The translations under genes and the position numbers were made by a program. Below are positions 54,656 to 64,000 of a stretch of DNA of 64,000 nt, in pieces. The stretch is from Octopus vulgaris (lineage: Eukaryota): positions 12,338,001 to 12,402,000 of the forward strand of contig OX597828.1 in NCBI GenBank assembly GCA_951406725.2. The letters run 5' to 3'. The notes beneath the pieces were generated by a model. It did not search any database and had not been told where the DNA came from. It worked only from the letters and a program-made list of their open reading frames with translations. The stretch's first letter is position 1; each line of letters starts with the position of its first letter.

Positions 54656-55465
54656 CCTGTGTCTGTTTGCTGTGGTGGTCTGGTATATAGTGGGTAGTCC
54701 CACCTGCGGGCTTGGGTTTGATGAAGCCAGGTCAGCTGCTGTACAATCTTTTGTGCCATGCACAAAAAAGATTGTTGCTCAGCAGCTGCTCTTTCGACAA
54801 CATCATGTTGGCTGTTTGTGGCGCGCACAACATCTGCGTACCTCCGCTTTGGGGCAGGTGGTGCGTAGTCCATCCCTTTTCTTTGTGTTGATGGTTTGTC
54901 CATCTGCCTCGTGTCTCTGTGGCAGGGTCCCCGATGTGCAAAGCGGCAGCCTGCACCTTCCTTTCCGTGCCAGCAGGAACCTCTCAGGTAGAACATACAC
55001 ACCCGTGTGCGCTGTTTGGTTCCATCCTTTGCGGTTCCACTTCTATTCCTGGTTGTTTCACTCTTTGGTCCTGCTTGAGCTTTTTCTTTTCCTTTAGCTC
55101 TTCCAGTCCTTCTTTTAGTTCTTCTTCCTCCTCTACCTCTTCACCGGGTTCTCCGTCTCCATGGCCCTTGCTGCCGGTTGGAGAACTTGCACCTGGGTTC
55201 ACTTCCCGGGCAGGTTTCTCATTCAAAACCTCCTCCCGGGCGTCCACCAGGTGGGGGTGACTTCTTTCATCGTCTCCATTCTTGCCATCTTTGCCCCGCT
55301 CGTTCTCAAAGATGGCATCAAGTGCCTCGTAATGTGCGACCGTACAAGCGCATATGAGCGCACGAATTCCTGTCTCTTTCGCTCCATCTGAGCCGCTGTC
55401 CTCTTGTAGCCTCTGCTCTTCAGCGCAGCCTCTGCTCTTCCGAGCGCAGCCGCAATCACCTCCAT
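54607..55465 (-). CDS. LINE ORF1 (two apparent frameshifts): basic N-terminus, acidic/Lys-rich middle, CCCH zinc finger
   Basis: Consecutive frames 55465-55223, 55247-54984 and 55002-54607. 'CMFYLRGSCWHGKEGAGCRFAH' = C-x7-C-x8-C-x3-H. Confidence 0.7.
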
Positions 55466-55479
55466 GCTCTAGGGCTATC

Positions 55480-56610
55480 TCTAATTATGTTCGAGAGAAG
55501 CCTAATTAGAAGATAGAGCGATAAACAATTAATTAAAGATATGATGTAGAAAATATTATAAGAATCTTAAGGCTAATTAGGAGATAGAGTATCTTATATT
55601 AGCAATATTAATATTATATTAGAACGTTATTTAATCTTAATAGAGATATATCTGAAAATATATTAGCAATATTAATATTATATTAGAGTGTGTATATTAA
55701 ACGTTATTTAATCTTAAGGCTAATTGGAGATAGAGTATCTGAAAATATATTAGCAATATTAATATTATATTAAGTGTGGTAATATTAAACGTTATTTAAT
55801 TTAATTAAGGCTAATTAGAAGATAGAGTATCTGAAAATATATTAGCAATATTAATATTATATTAGAGTGTATAATATTAAACGTTATTTAATCTTAAGGC
55901 TAATTAGAAGATAGAGTATCTGAAAATATATTAGCAATGTTAATATTATATTAGAGTTTAATATTAAACGTTATTTAATCTTAAGGCTAATTAGGAGATA
56001 GAGTATCTGAAAATATATTAATAATATTCAATATTAAACGTTATTTAATTTAATCTTAAGGCTAATTAACAATAATTATATATTCAATATTCGTTATTAA
56101 TTTAATCTTAAGGTAATTAACAATATTATATTAACAATATTAAACGTTATTTAATTAATCTATTAATTAAAGAATTATTAACAATATTAAAACAATATTA
56201 AACGTTATTTAATTTAATCTTAAGGCTAATTAACAGTAATTATTAACAATATTAAACAATATTAAACGTTATTTAATTTAATCCTAAGGCTAATTAACAA
56301 TAATTATTAACAATATTAAACGTTATTTAATTTAATCCTAAGGCTAATTAGACGTTATTAATATTAAACGTTATTTAATTTAATCTTAAGGCTAATTAGA
56401 AGATAGAGTATCTGAAAAATTATTAACAATATTAAAACAATATTAAACGTTATTTAATTTAATCTTAAGGCTAATTAACAATAATTATTAACAATATTAA
56501 ACGTTATTTAATTTAATCCTAAGGCTAATTTGACGGTATCAATATTAAACGTTATTTAATTTAATCTTAAGGCTAATTAGAAGATAGAGTATCTGGAAAA
56601 TTATTATATC
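55480..56610. repeat. AT-rich modular tandem array in the LINE 5' region
   Basis: Modules aatattaaacgttatttaat, cttaaggctaatta and gaagatagagtatctgaaaa are reiterated in varying combinations. Confidence 0.92.
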
Positions 56611-57025
56611 GAGAACAGTATTGAAAATGTAAACAAACAAAATGACGATCGCAACTTTAACTAAGATGTGGGCCTAAGTGAAAGATAAAATAGAATAATA
56701 AATAAAATATGAAATAGATGAAATTGATACTTAATCCAACAATGTGGTCTGGATTATTTTTGGTTTACGGATTTTTTCAGGAGAGATGCTTCTTTTTTCT
56801 TTCTTGCAGGAGATAACTTGATTCAGTTATTTTTGCACCATGTGCGTTTCGGCGAAAATGAATTACTGTGTATATGTATATATTTATATATATATTTTTA
56901 AAAATATTTTTAACCAAAGTGTTGTAGTGATCTCTATGACTTAGAGTTTTACGTTTTGCAACTACAGTGGGTTATTTCGCCGTTCTATGCAAACTTTTCA
57001 CAGAGCAAAGGCAATCACGTCTTTC

Positions 57026-57596
<571 letters not shown>

Positions 57597-58117
57597 TGTT
57601 ATGTTAACAAAATTAAATTTTTGCATGGAAACACTCAGTTTTTAAATATTCAGACACGATAAAATGGTGCTGTCAGTTTTTTCACAGTTTATTGTTTTCA
57701 CTATTGTATTATTTTTAAAGTAATTTGTTTTTCTGGATTATCTGTAAATATGCTGGATATTTTGTAGCTATTTTAAAGACTTTCTTAGACACATTTATAA
57801 GGAATGTTTTAACTTCGTGCAGATTCATTTCTCAGCCACTGCCATTTACTGAAGATGTTTGGTAGTTCTTTTTTAAATTGTTTATAGAGTAGTCGTGAAA
57901 GGTTTGATTGGGTCAATCATGATGTGAACGCTTCTTTCTTTATTGTAGCCGATTTAGTGAATGCAAGAACGGAGGAGATGGAGAAAGATATGAAGTGGTG
58001 AAATAGTTCAAGTATTTCACTAAGAGTAACTTTCTTTATTTAGAAGGGATGAATGATTAAGTGGGTCTCCGCTGGAACTTGCCTCAAGGCGCAGGTAGCC
58101 AGTACAAATACTGTAAT
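57597..58117. repeat. copy 1 of an about 520-bp direct repeat
   Basis: Nearly identical to 59939-60459. Confidence 0.95.
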
Positions 58118-58553
58118 GCCTGCTATCCATCCGGCACCCTAATATCTCACCCAGTTTGTCTCATTGAACACCACATAACTGATGCAATAGATTATAAGTG
58201 TAGCCTCTAACGATGATGGTAGTTTCTCTTGGTTTGAGAAACATGGTTCTGCAACTGCTTGCTGAACAACTTGCACTGATAATTAGGGCCTTACTGAGGT
58301 TGAGAGTAAAAATGATAAATCTTGTCCTAATGCTGTAGAGTTATGTTATTTTGTCCTATTGTTTATAGTGGTCAAATGTTCGTGCTGTATATTAGCCCAC
58401 CCCCTCCATGAAATTGACGTTGTTTGAAGAGGTTCACAAATGTATCACACATTAGTTATCGATGTGATTGCAGAACAACGTGAGATGAAGAGTTTTGCTC
58501 AAGAGCACAACACACCACCCAGTCCAGGAATTGAAATTTGTATTTAATTTGAT

Positions 58554-58716
58554 AGGCGTAGGAGTGGCTGTGTGGTAAGTAGATTGCCTACCAACCACAT
58601 GGTTCCGGGTTCAGTGCACTGCGTGGCACCTTGGGCAAGTGTCTTCTACTCTAGCCTCGGGTCGACCAAAGCCTTGTGAGTGGATTTGGTAGACGAAAAC
58701 TGAAAGAAGCCCGTCG

Positions 58717-58753
<37 letters not shown>

Positions 58754-58970
58754 GTTTGCGAGTCTGTGTTTGCCCCCCCCCCTCCAATCGCTTGAGAACC
58801 GATGCTGGTGTGTTTACGTCATTGTAACTTAGCATTTCGGCAAAATAAGCCGATAGAATAAGTACTAAGCTTACAAAGAATAAGTCCTGGCGTCGATTTG
58901 TTCGACTAAAGGCGGTGCTCCAGCATGGCCGCAGTCAAATGACTGAAACAAGTGAAAGAGTAAAGAGAGA
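58554..58970 (+). mobile_element. SINE family B, full length
   Basis: Colinear with 40093-40550. Confidence 0.93.
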
Positions 58971-59881
58971 GTTGCTTTTATCATAGACACAAGGCCAAAA
59001 GTTGTAGTCAATTAAATCGTTCCTCGTTCTTGACAGGACACTATTTTATCAACCCCGATATAATGAAAGGCACAGCTGACAACGGTAATATTTGAAGTTA
59101 GTACGTAAAGAGCTGGAACGAGTGCTGCGATGCAATTTCCTTTAAAGACTTTGCTTTAAAGTCTTTAAAGACATCGCTTTAAAGACTGTGCCAACCGATC
59201 ACTTTTATACTAGGGTCCATAATAAACTCGATATCTGATAAATATTTTATATTCAATAAATGGCATGAATTTGAAGTATCAGTAGAGAGTCAAGCAAATT
59301 GTCTTACAACATTTACTTGTTATTGTTCTTAGGTTCTGAATTCAAATCTCCACGAAGGTGACTTTACATTTCATCGTTTCGGGGATGATAAAAATATAGA
59401 AATATAGCTGATACGTTGGATCTGATGCACTTGATTAAACTTCAACTCTGAATTTGTTACCTTGTCCCTAAATTCGAAATCGAGACTTTATATTTAGTAA
59501 GAGTGATGCGAGTGGCAGCATTGACAGAATAGCAGACTAACTGCCCTGTATTATTTAGTTGTGAATTTGAAAATTAAGAATTTTTTACTCTACTTTTTGA
59601 AAAACCTGAGTCGTAATTTTCTCTGATGACGGTGATTTAATACTATTAAATTGCTGTAGTTTGTGGAGTAATGATCGACGATTGGCGAGGCCAGTGATGT
59701 TATGTGTGTGTTGTAACACTGTTCTTTATGTAAAAAAAAGTTCTGTCTTTTGCAATTTGAATGTAATTAGCAATAGTGAATGTTTGGTTTTCTGCATTAT
59801 TACTGCGGTATGTCGTGGACGAGCATAAAACCTTTTCGTTCTTTGAAGTATTTTAAAAGCCGTTAATAACGTATTGCAGAA

Positions 59882-59938
<57 letters not shown>

Positions 59939-59942
<4 letters not shown>

Positions 59943-60459
59943 ATGTTAACAAAATTAAATTTTTGCATGGAAACACTCAGTTTTTAAATATTCAGACACG
60001 ATAAAATGGTGCTGTCAGTTTTTTCACAGTTTATTGTTTTCACTATTGTATTATTTTTAAAGTAATTTGTTTTTCTGGATTATCTCTAAATATGCTGGAG
60101 ATTTTGTGGCTATTTTAAAGACTTTCTTAGACACATTTATAAGGAATGTTTTAGCTTCGTGCAGATTCATTTCTCAGCCACTGCCATTTATTGAAGATGT
60201 TTGGTAGTTCTTTCTTAAAATGTCTATAGAGTGGTCGTGAAAGGTTTGATTGGGTCAATCATGATGTGAACGCTTCTTTCTTGATTGTAGCCGATTTGGT
60301 GAGTGCAAGAACGGAGGAGATGGAGAAAGATATGAAGTGGTGAAATAGTTCAAGTATTTCACTAAGAGTAACTTACTTTATTTGGAAGGGATGAATGATT
60401 AAGTGGGACTCCGCTGGAACTTGCCTCAAGGCGCAGGTAGCCAGTACAAATAGTGTAAT
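59939..60459. repeat. copy 2 of the about 520-bp direct repeat
   Basis: Nearly identical to 57597-58117 and also preceded by (TA)n. Confidence 0.95.
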
Positions 60460-61445
60460 TTTGAGGTCAAGTGCGAGCCTCCATTTCAAACTATTTTTAT
60501 ATCTCTTATGCGAATAAACAGTTTTAGAAAGCATAAATGTTGAAATGTTTTAATACTTCCTACTTTAAAACTGTATGTTTTACTATTTAGTTGCAAGAAA
60601 CCAGTTTCATATTTATTGATGCTTCATCTCAGGCTAACCTGCTTCACCAGACTTGTGATCAAATAAATTTCAACCGTGACCTTCGCGTCCTTTTAGGGCC
60701 TTTTAAAGGACTATATCATCTGTTTTTTTCCATATTTCGGACGGCAGAGTATGATTTCAGGAAGATTTTACTGGAAGATTTTTAGCAGGTTACAACACAG
60801 CGGCTCACCTGACGAATCAAAAAGCCAATGGACAAGTTAAATTTGCTCTGCAATCGGGAGGTCTTGGATTCGATCCCACTTCGTGGTATCGTGGTTAAGT
60901 GTTTATATCAAAACCTCAGGTCAAGGTATGACTTAGGTAGATAGGATCTGTATGGAAATCCGTTGTACCCATAATTCAGGTGTTCAGTCTTATCACATGT
61001 TGCATAACGCTAATCTTGTGCGAGTTTCATGTTAATGGCATATGTTTCTGTGGAATATTCAGCCACTTACACATCACTTTAACGAGTTAGACGTTCGTCG
61101 CTCACCATTATATGATAGATCTGTTGATTTCGATGATGAATAAAAATCGAGGGAGCAGCTATCATTTAAGGGCTAAAACCACGTTGAAGTAAAATGACTG
61201 AATCTACTTTGGAAAGCCGAGACTAAGACGCAGATTCAGTAATGATTTCTACTAAGCTTAACTCGCTAAGGAAAGAGAGAACATGTGACCCACACAACAA
61301 CGTATGTTTTCACCCTTAAAATAACGCCATTGTATCTACTCTAAAATGAATAATGAATAGCATTTAAAGGTATTAACAAAATATTATATCACATTTCAGA
61401 CTGATATTTTCTTTGCTTTCTCATCTTCTTATTTCATTATTTTAG

Positions 61446-61696
61446 ACCACGCGGCTCGACTAAGTTTTCAGCGACCATCAAACTCGGAGCGCTAAAACAA
61501 GTTCTGTTTAAGGTCCGCTACCAGGAACTTTTGAAGCGAAAGTTGGGCTTCTATGAGCACATCCTCTATATTAATCCGTGTCGACCTATAAACGATATGA
61601 GCATTGAAGTATACATAACAGAGTCCAATAAAATCAACATTCTACAAGTACCACCATTAAGATCTGTAAATCCATCGGTTCCAGTTCAAGATTCAG
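61446..61696 (+). CDS. internal coding exon of an inter-alpha-trypsin inhibitor heavy chain-like gene (C-terminal half of the VIT domain)
   Basis: Polypyrimidine tract plus tttag acceptor, and a cag|gtatgt donor. Open frame 'PRGSTKFSATIKLGALKQVLFKVRYQELLKRKLGFYEHILYINPCRPINDMSIEVYITESNKINILQVPPLR' matches the ITIH pattern F...V.F...YQELL.R.LG.YE..I...P.......I.V.I.E. Confidence 0.85.
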
Positions 61697-61744
61697 GTAT
61701 GTTTATAGATTTTTTTTAATTTAATTTCTTTTAGAATTTTTTTA

Positions 61745-61960
61745 AGGCGGTGAGCAGGCAGAATCATTAGTGCGCCGGGTAAAATGCTTATCGGTATTCC
61801 GTCCATTCTTTCCCTTCTGAGTTCAAATGCCGCCGACATCGACTTTACCGTTTCTCCTTTCGGGGTCGATAAAATAAATACCAGTCGAGCACTGAGGTCG
61901 ATGTAATCGACATAACCCCTTTTCCGAAGTTGCTGGCCTTTTGTCAAAATTTTTAACCAA
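61745..61960 (+). mobile_element. SINE family C
   Basis: Head aaggcggtgagcaggcagaatc plus body. More degraded copies follow between about 62420 and 63990. Confidence 0.8.
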
Positions 61961-61989
61961 TTTCTTCTTTCCATATTTTATTTTTATTT

Positions 61990-62377
61990 ACTCTTTTCCT
62001 TGTTTCAGTCATTTGACTGCGGCCATGCTGGAGCACCGCCTTTAGTCGAGCAACTCGACCTCAAGACTTATTCTATGTAAGTCTAGTACTTATTATATCG
62101 GTAACTTTTGCCGAACAGCTAAGGTATGGAGACGTAAACACACCAGCATCGGTTGTCAAGCGATGTTGGTGTGGGATCAAATACAGACACACAAACATAT
62201 ATATAAGTATATACGACGGGCTTCTTTCAGTTTTCGTCAACCAAATCCACTCACAAGGCTTTGGTCGTCCCGAGGATATAGTAGAAGACACTTGCTCAAG
62301 GTGCCACGCAGTGCGACTGAACCCGGAACAATGTGGTTGGTAAGCAAGCTACTTACCACACAGCCACTCTTGCGCCT
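61990..62377 (-). mobile_element. SINE family B, full length
   Basis: Reverse complement of the 58554 copy. Confidence 0.93.
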
Positions 62378-63019
62378 ATTTATTTATCCATTTATTTATT
62401 TGTGATATTATCTCTTCTTTCTGAAGGCAATGTCTTGGCAGAGTGGTTAGAGCGTCGGAGAAAATGTATTACGGTATATGTCCCTGCGCTCTGAATCCAA
62501 TTCTACCTTTCAACTTTTAGGCCAAACTGTAAACTCCAAATCTCCACCATCAATATATCTTGCACAAAATTTTTGCTCCTCAGTTTAGTAAATAAGGAGA
62601 CAAAACTGAGCGCATCCATATAATTCTTTCTTCCTCGTAGTTTTGACATGTTATAAAAATTTAAAAGCGCTTAAATTTTACGAAATATTGCAATTTGTTC
62701 ACCTGCCTTATAAGAAACTCAGGTTTAGAGATCGATAAATAAAGTATCAACCCAAGTCAGTTGATTGGCTGTATTGTTCGAATGTCGGACAGGATGTCTG
62801 GCAGAATCGATTCTAGCTCTGTTCGTTCTGAGTTTAAATACCGTTTCCTGTTAGCGAGAGCAAAAATAACTTTTGTCCAGAGCTGCGATCAACAAACGGC
62901 ATCAACAATAACAAGACGAAATTAATCGGTTTGCTTGGTTCAATCAGAAGATCCGCACCCGCCATATTCTTGCTACCTTACAGAAAGAGACTAAAGTCTA
63001 AAACTTCGTTGAAGTGTTT

Positions 63020-63400
63020 TTCATACGGAAGAAGGGATATGTTGCGAGCAGAATATTTTCTATTCTTACTTTAGGCGTTGTTCGGTCACGAGTTAAAATA
63101 ACAGGCTCATTTGTCTCAAGTAAAGATTTCAGGTTCAATCACCTGTATAGTTCAGAATATATCCTGAAAATGTTTGGAAAGGAATACCCGTCGAAATATT
63201 GTATCTGGGACACATCTGAGATATTGAAAAATACCCTTATCTCGATTTCGCTGGTTCACAGAAGAAAATTACCTCAGCATTGCAAGTTGGCTCTCGTCAA
63301 CTTTACAGTACTATAGTTGATTGTAAATAACGAAGTGATCCGCTTACATTACCCATTTTGTTGATAGAATATGTCGAAACATTTTACAGATGTCCATGCC
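63020..63400 (-). mobile_element. degraded CR1-like RT C-terminal relic
   Basis: Weak traces of 'Y....R.NL', '.IP.I...Y' and 'LNLKSL'. Confidence 0.35.
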
Positions 63401-64000
63401 ATGAATACCATGTGTGCGACACAGTAATAATGACAAGATACGAACCGTCAACCTCACAGATTCTTTCCTAGGGGACTCGGGGGCCTTGAGCATTTTTCTT
63501 ACAATTGTTTTATTTTCGTTTGTAAAAAGGTTGCAGATACTATAACCAGTAAAGCGACAGGTTAAATGCAGCCGGAGTCGTTTTTAACTTTGATCCTTCG
63601 TTGGTTGATAAAATACGTACAAATGAACCGCTCGAGATGATAAAATCTAAGTAAACGTCTTAGAATTGTGACTATGCTAGAAATCAATATTTATTGACAA
63701 GCCTGTGATCGAATTAACAGAAGTAATACTGCACTACATGGTTTACACAAAATCTCGTTTCATCTTGTTAGATTCTGAGCCGAAATACCCTTTTGTGTCG
63801 AATCAGTCTTTCATTTTCTTTGAGATTGCAAACAAATATTGGCTTTACGCCCAAGGTAGAAATCAATTTTTTTCTTTTGCGAATCCTATCGGAGTCAACT
63901 TTAACCTTTATCCTTCCAAAATCGATAAAAAATATATATATCACTATTCACTTGGTGTCGATGCAATTAAAGGTATCTCCCTCACTCTCTCTCTCTCCTA

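Larger units (their letters stand above)
51565..56655 (-). mobile_element. near full-length CR1-group LINE (about 5.1 kb)
   Basis: Tandem-repeat 5' region, ORF1, APE-RT ORF2, short 3' UTR and (AATC)n tail. The 5' boundary is approximate. Confidence 0.95.

Noticed and set aside
59625-59670. CTGATGACGGTG hammerhead-like start
   Set aside because: GAAA is absent and the stems are weak.
57597-60459. LTR retrotransposon or TRIM (repeats start TGT and contain ACA near the end)
   Set aside because: Similarity runs about 11 nt past the ACA. There is no PBS, PPT or TSD, and the interior is old SINE-laden sequence.

Overview
Very AT-rich, repeat-dense eukaryotic DNA. The SINE families, microsatellite load and LINE types point to a coleoid cephalopod, most likely Octopus (inference from recognised repeats, not a database match). 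The only host-gene piece I can support is one + strand coding exon (61446-61696) of an inter-alpha-trypsin inhibitor heavy chain (ITIH)-like gene, encoding the second half of the VIT domain. The rest is mostly transposons and simple repeats: a near-complete young CR1-group LINE (51565-56655, minus; CCCH-finger ORF1, APE-RT ORF2); two 5'-truncated copies of a second CR1-group family in inverted orientation around a microsatellite; relics of RTE, Dong/R4, Penelope-like (PLE), Tc1/mariner, pogo, hAT and Helitron elements; and dozens of tRNA-derived SINEs. The most notable signals are: (1) a set of minimal type I hammerhead ribozyme (HHR) motifs in PLE-like contexts, including a tRNA-headed, head-to-head SINE-like element with an intact HHR core and a recurring non-canonical CCGAUGC(A) core; (2) a covarying 3' stem-loop shared by the long LINE and the dominant SINE, suggesting a LINE-SINE partnership; (3) all four combinations of two SINE bodies and two SINE tails. 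Long Y/I/M/C-rich ORFs are microsatellite artefacts. There is one 100-N gap (39222-39321). Boundaries of degraded relics are approximate. SINE family labels A, B and C and tail label E are my own.
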